A model generated the notes under the pieces. The model was given only the letters and a program-made list of their open reading frames with translations, was not told the origin of the DNA and did no database searches. From an uncultured virus (IMG/VR IMGVR_UViG_3300043105_000059) (lineage: Duplodnaviria > Heunggongvirae > Uroviricota > Caudoviricetes), in IMG/VR virus record IMGVR_UViG_3300043105_000059: 20,000 nt of DNA; one strand, written 5' to 3'. The position numbers and the translations under genes are program-made. Numbering within the stretch: position 1 is the first letter of the stretch; every line of letters begins with the position of its first letter. This document shows, piece after piece, positions 7,332 through 15,601 of the stretch.

Positions 7332-7768
7332 TTTTGTTTATACTTAGAATCGTTATCAACATTTAAAATATACATAGTTTCATAAGTTTCATGAAGCATA
7401 ACTGCATCATCGCAAAAATCATAAATATCAGGAGAGTTTCTATCCCAGTAATAATCCCAGTCAATATATTCTCTTATTTCTGCAGGGGTTTTCTCCATTA
7501 TAGATTCTACAAATTCTTCCTGATATGCAGTTATTTTTTCATCTAGTGCCTCTTCATTAAATACTCTGTAAATATGATCACCATATTCAATATCTTTAGA
7601 ATTTATATTTAACTCACGAATTTCAAATTTATCATTTTCTTCTAAATCTAAATCGTAAGTTAAAATTAAAGCAGCGACACATTTATCATAACCGTGTTCA
7701 TCACACCAATCTAGAATCTCTGTTTCATGCTTTTTCTCTGCTTCTAAATCAATAAGTTCATCAATCAT
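7328..7768 (-). CDS. Very acidic hypothetical protein, possibly ArdA-like
   Basis: About 40 D/E in 146 aa; TPAEIREYIDWDYYWD resembles the ArdA C-terminal YxDyeay motif. Confidence 0.75.
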   Translation of the reverse strand: MIDELIDLEAEKKHETEILDWCDEHGYDKCVAALILTYDLDLEENDKFEIRELNINSKDIEYGDHIYRVFNEEALDEKITAYQEEFVESIMEKTPAEIREYIDWDYYWDRNSPDIYDFCDDAVMLHETYETMYILNVDNDSKYKQK

Positions 7769-8085
7769 AAGCTAAGTATTATATTGTTTAAATATTCTCT
7801 AGTTCCTTTGACGCAAGCTTCTTTTAAATCTTCAATTAAATTTATTATATGTGAAGCTTCATCTTCACTCATTTGAATATCTATAGGTTGTAGATGCTCT
7901 GGTTCAATTTTTAGATTCCATTTATCTAGTGTTGTAGAAAGCATTCGTAAAACTATTTTTATTTTAATGGGATAATTGAATCGAACTTCTTTAACACCTA
8001 GAGTTGGAACTTCTGTAACACTTGTCCAATATTTAGTTGGATTCTTAGTAAGCTTTTTAATAATAGTTTCTACTGTCTGCAACAT
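7765..8085 (-). CDS. Hypothetical protein
   Basis: 106-aa ORF starting 2 nt after the helicase stop. Confidence 0.7.
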   Translation of the reverse strand: MLQTVETIIKKLTKNPTKYWTSVTEVPTLGVKEVRFNYPIKIKIVLRMLSTTLDKWNLKIEPEHLQPIDIQMSEDEASHIINLIEDLKEACVKGTREYLNNIILSL

Positions 8086-8087
8086 AC

Positions 8088-9467
8088 CTATTGATAAATT
8101 AAAACATTCTTTTTAGTTCTAGATAAAGCTACATATTGAAGTTGCCTTCTTACAGCTTCATCATTACAACTATTTATATTACGAATATCTACAAATACAC
8201 TATCAAAGGTACTACCTTGGGATTTATGTGTACTTATAGCATAACTATAGTCAAAAGATTTCTTTCGGATTAATCTACCATCCACGTATAAATCAATTGG
8301 TGTAGTAAAGCTTCCCATCATTTCAAAATATTTTTTCCAATAATAGTTAGCTTTTTGCCTTTCACCTAGTTGTTTTAGTTGAATTGCTTGTTGTCTGTAA
8401 CCTTCAATTTTTAAAGATAAAGACTCAAGATAATCTTTAGAAATATCTTTAGATAAAATAGATATATTTTCACTACTTTTTGTTAATGAATCATAAAGTT
8501 CCATACTAATCCCAGGCAAAGAGCCAAAATTTGGAATATGAATTTCTGTTTTAAAAGGTTCATTTACAATAATATAATCCATAGAATTATAAAATTTGAA
8601 CCCATTAAACTCAAGATTCTCACAACCAATAAGGAATTCACCCTTATGATACTGACAATCTTTACCAAAGAATGCTTGGTGTATCGCTTGATTGTAAGCC
8701 TTAACTCTATCATTCGTATAACATAAAATCTTAGTACTTAATATATCTCCTTTTTTCATAGCTTTCGCTAATGCAATTTTTGCTTCTTTCAAAAATTCCT
8801 TCATATCAGACGTTACAAGAAGACTTCCTTCCTCTCCGATGCAATTATCAAAGTGCTTCATTGAATGCGTTCTGAGTGTCTGTAACACGTCAATAAAACC
8901 ATTTTTATCGGACTGTCTGTATATCTTTTGAAGTTCTACACAGGGTTGTGTATGAATAACTTTTGAAAGAAAATCTTGTTTTACAGGCTGTAATTGTGCA
9001 AAATCTCCAGTAAATATAATCTGTGATTCTTGTTCTTGCACTTGTGCAATTAAACAGGAATACAAATCATTATTTATCATCGAAGATTCATCACAAATCA
9101 CAATACCACGCTTAGGAATAGATGTAACATTACCACTACATTTAAACATAAGATTACGAAAATCAAGAGCAAAAATGTCGAGATTAGGAGAAAGCGAGAG
9201 TAATTTGTGCAATGTAACTGCTTCTCTTTCTGTATATCTTTCAAGCACCAATGCCGCTTTATGAGTTGGGGCACATAGTGCGTATTGAATACGATTGCGT
9301 TCACACCAATCAATTATATAATTTACTAATACACTTTTACCAGTACCAGCACTACCGTAGTAGAGACAGGCAGGTTCTTTATGATCATTAATAAATTTTA
9401 TGACCATATTAAGAGCCTTTTCCTGATCTTCTCCTAAGATAATGCTGGTATCATGTTTATTTATCAT
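8088..9467 (-). CDS. SF1B Dda/RecD-like DNA helicase
   Basis: Walker A GSAGTGKS, APTHKAA, TLHKLL, CDESSM (Walker B), GDFAQLQPV, IYRQ, YAISTHKSQGSTF, YVALSR. Confidence 0.93.
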   Translation of the reverse strand: MINKHDTSIILGEDQEKALNMVIKFINDHKEPACLYYGSAGTGKSVLVNYIIDWCERNRIQYALCAPTHKAALVLERYTEREAVTLHKLLSLSPNLDIFALDFRNLMFKCSGNVTSIPKRGIVICDESSMINNDLYSCLIAQVQEQESQIIFTGDFAQLQPVKQDFLSKVIHTQPCVELQKIYRQSDKNGFIDVLQTLRTHSMKHFDNCIGEEGSLLVTSDMKEFLKEAKIALAKAMKKGDILSTKILCYTNDRVKAYNQAIHQAFFGKDCQYHKGEFLIGCENLEFNGFKFYNSMDYIIVNEPFKTEIHIPNFGSLPGISMELYDSLTKSSENISILSKDISKDYLESLSLKIEGYRQQAIQLKQLGERQKANYYWKKYFEMMGSFTTPIDLYVDGRLIRKKSFDYSYAISTHKSQGSTFDSVFVDIRNINSCNDEAVRRQLQYVALSRTKKNVLIYQ

Positions 9468-9802
9468 TTCTTAAATATTGCCGTAATTACGTATTTACCT
9501 GATTTAAAAGCCTCAGGGTATCTACCTTCAATTACTTTAGCAGCTTCATCCTTAGAGGCTGCTTCGCACCATTCACTAAAATCATCCTCAACTTCATGAG
9601 TTTCTAAGTTAACAGAATTGACATACACTGTAAACTTAATATTACTCATACTAAGCTTAGTAGCATCAAACTCTTTTCTCGGAACTTCTTTCTTTTCAGG
9701 AATAATATCAGTTTTCTTTAAATAGTATTTCTTACCATTTAAGACATAGTACTTACCACCTTTAGGGCCTGTAAGAATTTCTACATTTTCTGGAATTTTC
9801 AT
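9464..9802 (-). CDS. Hypothetical protein with N-terminal GPKGGKYY basic-adaptor-like motif
   Basis: TGPKGGKYYVLNGKKYYL resembles the PBCV-type basic adaptor motif. Confidence 0.7.
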   Translation of the reverse strand: MKIPENVEILTGPKGGKYYVLNGKKYYLKKTDIIPEKKEVPRKEFDATKLSMSNIKFTVYVNSVNLETHEVEDDFSEWCEAASKDEAAKVIEGRYPEAFKSGKYVITAIFKK

Positions 9803-10305
9803 TATACTTTACTTTTAAAATCCGTACAAATAACTCCCCACTTAACATTTGAGCAGGAGTTCATTATGATAGTAAGTTTATCACAATCAATACCATCACA
9901 TCTTTCTAAATAGGGATACTTAGTTTTAATATAAGCATCTAGATTATTTACATTTAGAGTAAATGAATCCTTTTCGTAATCGTAACTAATCAGTTTATAA
10001 GCTTCGATTATTACTTTATTTAATTTTACAATATCAGAAGGTAACTCTTCTCCTTTACACAGATACAAATAATCAATGGCTGTTGGAATAAACAATTCTC
10101 CGATAAACTTTGTGTAATATGAGTCTAATAATGCGGGTCTGGAAGGGAAATTTCCAAATAAATTATAATTATTGTCTATTAACTCTATTTCATTACCAGA
10201 TAATCTCCTAACAAAATCCTTTATATACACATAATTATCGTAACCCAAGTAGTGCCCTATCAGATTATCTAATATATCAACATGATTCATCATTGTATTA
10301 ACCAT
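9802..10305 (-). CDS. Hypothetical protein, probable paralog of 10290-10745
   Basis: 167 aa; C-terminal FTLNVNNLDAYI...IDCDKL...N...KW pattern. Confidence 0.7.
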   Translation of the reverse strand: MVNTMMNHVDILDNLIGHYLGYDNYVYIKDFVRRLSGNEIELIDNNYNLFGNFPSRPALLDSYYTKFIGELFIPTAIDYLYLCKGEELPSDIVKLNKVIIEAYKLISYDYEKDSFTLNVNNLDAYIKTKYPYLERCDGIDCDKLTIIMNSCSNVKWGVICTDFKSKV

Positions 10306-10745
10306 TTAAATGTACTATTTGCATTCAGATGATAAGATAACTTATACATATCTACATTAGAAGTATCTACTTTATAAGAAAGATTACATTCAGTATAAAG
10401 TTCATTTATATAAGATAGTAGATCCTCTAAATTAAATAAATACACATTAGTATCTTCTCTCCGTACAAATACACTATTAGGTAAAGAATCTATGAAAGCA
10501 CCTTCTAGTTCACCATAAACAACAAAAGAGTTTGATGGTTCATACATAAAATCAAAGAATAATTTTACAAGTTCATAATTTACTTGTTCGTTAAGCTTGA
10601 TTCTAAAAGTATCCAAAGTATCTGCATCTATTTTTACGTAATCCAGAAGATTTAATTCATCCTTGGACAACGAATCATAGAAGTAAGCAATGTCTGAATA
10701 ATCCTCAATAAAGTAATCCAGAAATTGATCCTTAGTTAGTTGCAT
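10290..10745 (-). CDS. Hypothetical protein
   Basis: 151 aa; C-terminal YLFNLEDLLSYI...VDMYKL...N...KW pattern. Confidence 0.7.
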   Translation of the reverse strand: MQLTKDQFLDYFIEDYSDIAYFYDSLSKDELNLLDYVKIDADTLDTFRIKLNEQVNYELVKLFFDFMYEPSNSFVVYGELEGAFIDSLPNSVFVRREDTNVYLFNLEDLLSYINELYTECNLSYKVDTSNVDMYKLSYHLNANSTFKWLIQ

Positions 10746-10902
10746 TTTTCAAAACGTGTTTAGCTTGAAACTTAGATTCTGGAGTAGCTTTCTTAGCTAC
10801 TTTTGCCTTAGCTTCTTTACCTTTTACATAATGTTTCTTACCATTCTCATCCAACCAGTAATAACCACCTCTTGGGCCTTTAATCATTTTGTGAGTAATC
10901 AT
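10732..10902 (-). CDS. Small basic protein not in the track (56 aa, MITHKMIKGPRGGYYWLDENGKKHYVKGKEAKAKVAKKATPESKFQAKHVLKNATN)
   Basis: Open frame from ATG 10902 to TAA 10732 filling the gap after nrdG; GPRGGYY...GKKHY motif and K/A-rich tail. Confidence 0.75.
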   Translation of the reverse strand: MITHKMIKGPRGGYYWLDENGKKHYVKGKEAKAKVAKKATPESKFQAKHVLKNATN

Positions 10903-10908
10903 AATATT

Positions 10909-11421
10909 TTAACATTTAAATTCAACAATTTCTCCACTTTCTAAAGTTGCAGGTACATCTATCAGCCTTTGATTACTTGAACCTCTAAAAGGGAGTGATA
11001 CATCTCTACTATTTAATTCAAATTCCCCATCCACTAGAACATCTATATTGCATAATATTATATGCCAATTAGACATTTTAAATATATGCTCAAATGTAAA
11101 TCCTGTATATACCCAAATATCTTTATTAGGAAATCTTTTTTTAAGTTCTACTAAAAGATCTTCTAATTCTTGCTGATATTGAGAATTATATAACTTAATA
11201 GGCTCTCCTCCAGATAATGTTATACCTTTAATATAAGGTAATTCCAGAATTCTAAATAATTGTTCTTTAGTTTCTTCTGTAAAAGGTTTTCCATTATCTT
11301 CAATCCACGATTCTGGATTATGACACCCTATACAATGATGCGGACACCCAGCAACCCAAAGAGTTACTCGGCATCCGCATCCGTTATTAATATCAGGATA
11401 AGTTATTTTAAGATAGTTCAT
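10909..11421 (-). CDS. nrdG: Anaerobic ribonucleotide reductase activating enzyme (radical SAM)
   Basis: NGCGCRVTLWVAGCPHHCIGCHNP (CxxxCxxC), GITLSGGEP, DVLVDGEF, FRGSSNQR. Confidence 0.97.
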   Translation of the reverse strand: MNYLKITYPDINNGCGCRVTLWVAGCPHHCIGCHNPESWIEDNGKPFTEETKEQLFRILELPYIKGITLSGGEPIKLYNSQYQQELEDLLVELKKRFPNKDIWVYTGFTFEHIFKMSNWHIILCNIDVLVDGEFELNSRDVSLPFRGSSNQRLIDVPATLESGEIVEFKC

Positions 11422-11608
11422 AGTCGTGCTCTTCTACGTATTCTTTCATACCTTGTATAACAGTTTCTGACATAAAAGTTTGCCCTACTAACAAGCCATG
11501 TAAAGCTTCTAGTATATCAGTAACTGAACAATCTTCGTAAGCACTTTCCCATGAAAACTTATTACTACCTATTTCTAGTGTTAATTTAGTCTTTCTATCC
11601 TCGTTCAT
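11408..11608 (-). CDS. Hypothetical protein between nrdD and nrdG
   Basis: 66 aa; ATGA overlap with the nrdD stop and overlap with the nrdG start. Confidence 0.7.
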   Translation of the reverse strand: MNEDRKTKLTLEIGSNKFSWESAYEDCSVTDILEALHGLLVGQTFMSETVIQGMKEYVEEHDYELS

Positions 11609-14600
11609 AGTTCTTTTATATGTTTAACTCGTTGTTCGACCTCCTGTTGCTTACCAACGTTAAATGACGTCTTGTAGTCTCCGGTTAAATAACCTGTTAC
11701 ACGGCGTAATCGCTTGATATTTTTACTACCACACATAGGACAAGTATCATTCAATTCATCAATATAACCACAGTCTTGACAAGAATCATTTGGTACATTA
11801 ATGGCAAAGTATGGAATATCATGATCCATTGCATAATTAACAATCTCTTCAATAGCTTCTGGATTATGCTTAGTAGAAGCAGGTAATTCAACATAAGTTA
11901 TACAACCTGCACTACTGAAACCAGTAAGTTGTGATTCAATTTCAATTTTCTCAAATGGAGTACATTCATGCCATACAGGTACGTGCATACTATTAGTAAA
12001 GAAATCACGTTCTGTAATTCCTGGAACTTCACCAAATTGCTTCTTAAATTTCTGCATTGCTGTGTAACACAAATTTTCAGCAGGAGTATAATAAACACCA
12101 AAATTAAGTTTATAAGCTTCTTTGAATTCACTGCACCTCTTCTTAAAGAGAGCTTCTAATTCTTTAGCTTTATCCATAATTTCTGAATCAGTATGGTCTT
12201 TACCGAAAATAATTCTCAAAGCTTCTGATAATCCTAATTGACCAATAGCTAAAGTACCATGTTTTAATGCTGAACGAATACCTTCTTCAGGTTTATATCC
12301 ATACATTACATTATTTTGATACATAAACTTAGCTGATGCAGCATCTTGACTACATATCCAATCAAATCGTTCAATTAGCATATCTTTTGCTTCATGAATC
12401 TTAGTATCCAACAATTCAATAAATTTATTCCATACTAAATCCTTGATATTTATATCTGCATTATCCATATTAGATATAGCTTGCAGTTTAGAATTCATTG
12501 CAAGTGTAGGAAGTATGATTGTAACAGGACAGATATTACCTCTACCATCTTTAAGTTGACCAAAACCATTAATATCCCAGCCATTCGCTGTCCTGCATCC
12601 CATTGTACTAAAATAAGTGCGAGGATCGTTTATATCATACCCTTCATTACCAGACCAATCTACATTGGCATAATTAGGGTATAACCTAAGACTCGTAACC
12701 TTAGTAGCTTCTTGGAATATATCATAATTCGGATCTCCAGGTTTTCGATTAACACCTTTCATTAATTGAACGATACAGCACGGAAAAATCGGAGTGCTAT
12801 GATGGCTACCAATACCATTCTTACTTACTTCAAGTAAAGCTAGACTAATAAGACGTCCTTCAGGTTGTGTACAAGTACCATAATTAATAGAAGTGAATGG
12901 TAATTGATTACCACTTCTACTTTGTAAAGTATTTAAATTATGATACATACCTTCAACAGCTTGATGAATTTCTCGTTTAGTCATATCCAAAGCATATTCA
13001 TAAGAATTGGGATGCTCTTTATACAAACTATCCTCTATAGACAAATCTGTTTGATCATACTTCTCATTACGAATATGGTCAATATACTTCAATCCAGTTC
13101 TGTAGTGCTTATTAAAAGATAGTCTTACATAAGGAACCATAGTCCAATCTAGATGAGTTGCAGACACACCACCAAATTGTTGTAAACTTTGTACTTGGAA
13201 TATTACAGCTAATAATTGAAATGCTGTATTAACACTCTTAGCAGGTCTAACATCAGTTTGCTTTAGCTTAAACCCGTTAGTAAGTAAGTCGTCTACTGGT
13301 ATGCTCAAACAGTTTCCTGTTACCATACATCCAGCCAAAGTAAAACTGTGAGTTTCTGGAGCTTCAACACACCAAGTTACTTGTACAGATCCAGCCGTTA
13401 TTTTATCTAACCGCCATGGTTTATTTTCTTGCTGTTTAACACATAGTTGAAAATCATAATAAGTAACATCTTCTTTGTAATTAGTAGATTTTACATGCTC
13501 TCTTTTCGACCAAACATGAAACCCTGCAAGAGGTGCGGCAAATTCAATAAATTCTGCTAATCTACTATCAGTTGTAGAAATAGTATTATTTGCTTTACAC
13601 CCATCTGCTGAAAAATAGCCTAAGAAAATACTAGCAATAGCATTTTTATCTAGAATATTCCAAAATTTACCTTCAAGAAAATTTTGTTTATAAGATCCAT
13701 TACCTCTAGTATGAAGAGTAATATCTCCATTACTATGATGTTGTCGAATACTATAACCAGCTTTTAAGAAATTACCCAAGTATTCTACTTTATCGGAACA
13801 TAGTCTTACATTCATTCCACTGTTTGTAATTCTACTTTTATCTTTAGAATACATAAAGTAATCACAACCATCGCCTAATACAAATCCAAAACACCATAAA
13901 GTATTGTCTAATATAAAATCAGTTGTACTTACAGGCGTTAATATTAGTTTATCACCAACTTGTATATTATCAGTAATATCCCCATTACTTAAAATCCATC
14001 TATGATTTCTAGTACAGGTGACAGTTTTCTTAGTAATTCCAGCACTAAACTCTAAAGTGTACATTTTTTGTTTCTCATATTGATGTACCGTAGCAAATTC
14101 CCAATCTCCATTTTTATTTAGAATTTCTACAGGTTGACCGTCTGTAAAACTGTCAAAAGTTCTTACACCTCTAGAAGTTACAAACTTAGTATCATGGCTA
14201 TAACAGTTGTGCATCCCCACAGCGTAAGAATCCAAATCATGAATGTATATTTCATTATTTTCATGATTATGCTTAGCCATTTCAGACATACAATAATTAA
14301 GAGCATAATCTTTAGTTACAACTCTACCTGCTTCACCAATACGTCCACCAAATGAATGCTCGTCAATATTAGCATTTTGATTTTTTACATTAGAAGCTTC
14401 AAGTTTAGATTTAATGCCTTTAATGAGTTTATCTTTTTCAGCACGAAGCATCTTACGTTCTTCTCTATAAAGAATATAAGCTTTAGCTACATCTGGAAAA
14501 TCATAATCCATTAAAAGCTCTTCAACCTGATCTTGTATATCCTCAATATTAATCTCATCCCAAGTTTGTACTTCATTAGTTATTTCACTAATAACTTTAG

Positions 14601-14703
14601 AAGCATCTTCGTATCCACACTCTTTAAATGCTGCTGAAATCGCATTTATAATTTTACTCTTATCAAATTCAGCTAATGTACCGTCTCTTTTTGTTACTTT
14701 CAT
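11605..14703 (-). CDS. nrdD: Class III anaerobic ribonucleoside-triphosphate reductase with ATP cone, interrupted by an intein
   Basis: ATP cone VTKRDG..FDKSKI; IHDLD; MHN|CLSIP; QSRSGNQLPFTS; MGCRT; TPAENL; CxxC...CxxC; glycyl-radical motif RRVTGYL. Confidence 0.97.
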   Translation of the reverse strand: MKVTKRDGTLAEFDKSKIINAISAAFKECGYEDASKVISEITNEVQTWDEINIEDIQDQVEELLMDYDFPDVAKAYILYREERKMLRAEKDKLIKGIKSKLEASNVKNQNANIDEHSFGGRIGEAGRVVTKDYALNYCMSEMAKHNHENNEIYIHDLDSYAVGMHNCYSHDTKFVTSRGVRTFDSFTDGQPVEILNKNGDWEFATVHQYEKQKMYTLEFSAGITKKTVTCTRNHRWILSNGDITDNIQVGDKLILTPVSTTDFILDNTLWCFGFVLGDGCDYFMYSKDKSRITNSGMNVRLCSDKVEYLGNFLKAGYSIRQHHSNGDITLHTRGNGSYKQNFLEGKFWNILDKNAIASIFLGYFSADGCKANNTISTTDSRLAEFIEFAAPLAGFHVWSKREHVKSTNYKEDVTYYDFQLCVKQQENKPWRLDKITAGSVQVTWCVEAPETHSFTLAGCMVTGNCLSIPVDDLLTNGFKLKQTDVRPAKSVNTAFQLLAVIFQVQSLQQFGGVSATHLDWTMVPYVRLSFNKHYRTGLKYIDHIRNEKYDQTDLSIEDSLYKEHPNSYEYALDMTKREIHQAVEGMYHNLNTLQSRSGNQLPFTSINYGTCTQPEGRLISLALLEVSKNGIGSHHSTPIFPCCIVQLMKGVNRKPGDPNYDIFQEATKVTSLRLYPNYANVDWSGNEGYDINDPRTYFSTMGCRTANGWDINGFGQLKDGRGNICPVTIILPTLAMNSKLQAISNMDNADINIKDLVWNKFIELLDTKIHEAKDMLIERFDWICSQDAASAKFMYQNNVMYGYKPEEGIRSALKHGTLAIGQLGLSEALRIIFGKDHTDSEIMDKAKELEALFKKRCSEFKEAYKLNFGVYYTPAENLCYTAMQKFKKQFGEVPGITERDFFTNSMHVPVWHECTPFEKIEIESQLTGFSSAGCITYVELPASTKHNPEAIEEIVNYAMDHDIPYFAINVPNDSCQDCGYIDELNDTCPMCGSKNIKRLRRVTGYLTGDYKTSFNVGKQQEVEQRVKHIKEL
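13312..14205 (-). mobile_element. Intein (298 aa) with LAGLIDADG homing endonuclease domain in NrdD
   Basis: Starts CYSHDTKFV; block B TCTRNHRW; LAGLIDADG-like FGFVLGDG and FLGYFSADG; ends CMVTGN followed by C+1; removal restores GMHNCLSIP. Confidence 0.93.
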
Positions 14704-14806
14704 AAGTTTATTGTAGTTTATTAATTATTTCGAGCAAATAGAATTAAAATTAACCATTTAAAGGTTAACTTCAAAACTATTCATAGCTCTTAAATTAGTA
14801 TTCTAC

Positions 14807-15595
14807 TTATACACCTAGGATTCGTCCAACAAGAAGAGTCTTTTCATAACGAGTAAAGCAATCTTTACTCCAGTTATCGGTTATTTGCTGAGTAAAGGCA
14901 TTGTACACATTCAGCATACTACAGTCATGATTACCTGTAAAATAATCACTATCCTCATTTACAAATAACTCCTTATAAGCACTTAATACCATAGTTGTAG
15001 CAACCTTCACTTTACCATAACCAGAGGTATAATCCATACCCATAGAGTTACGAATCCAACGTCCCAAACTTTCATTTATATTTAAATCTGAAGCTTCAAA
15101 CGTAGTGTCATTAAGCATTCTTAGTGTATTACTGATTGTCTCAGTACGTTCTAGCAATCGCTTAATAGGTGTAAAATCAAGAGCTGTTTCAGGTTCAATT
15201 TCTTGAATATCCAAACCACTAGGAGAGAATACACACAAATTAGTACAAGCAGAGCGTTCTGCACCACTGTACAGTTTACAAATAGGCTTACGTACATCCA
15301 ATCCATATACCATACCAACTACTTGTGTATGACCTTCAAAAGCATACTCATTAGGGAGAACAGCTTCTATATTAACACGATTAAATGTTAAATCGTCAGT
15401 GACTACATTACCAGAATCAGTAAGAGTTATTTGTTCTGGAGTTTTTACTTTAACGGTAAAATTATTGGTATACTTAGAAAGTCTATCAATAAAAGGCTCC
15501 AAGTAATCAGCAGTCTTAAAATAGTCTTTCTCCTTAATTCTAGTTGCCTTACCTTGAAGAATTTCCTCTAAGGTAAATACATGTTCGTTTGTCAT
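14807..15595 (-). CDS. DUF932-like phage protein
   Basis: LYSGAERSACTNLCVF resembles the R.xC.NG signature; SMLNVYNAFTQ resembles the w.lyNAvT motif of this family. Confidence 0.55.
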   Translation of the reverse strand: MTNEHVFTLEEILQGKATRIKEKDYFKTADYLEPFIDRLSKYTNNFTVKVKTPEQITLTDSGNVVTDDLTFNRVNIEAVLPNEYAFEGHTQVVGMVYGLDVRKPICKLYSGAERSACTNLCVFSPSGLDIQEIEPETALDFTPIKRLLERTETISNTLRMLNDTTFEASDLNINESLGRWIRNSMGMDYTSGYGKVKVATTMVLSAYKELFVNEDSDYFTGNHDCSMLNVYNAFTQQITDNWSKDCFTRYEKTLLVGRILGV

Positions 15596-15601
15596 AATTC
15601 T

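Noticed and set aside
14704..14806. Promoter, terminator or riboswitch upstream of nrdD (TTAACC-N7-GGTTAA hairpin, TTTG motifs)
   Set aside because: The stem is short and AT-rich, TTTG spacing does not fit the Bacteroidota consensus, and no NrdR box or riboswitch is recognisable
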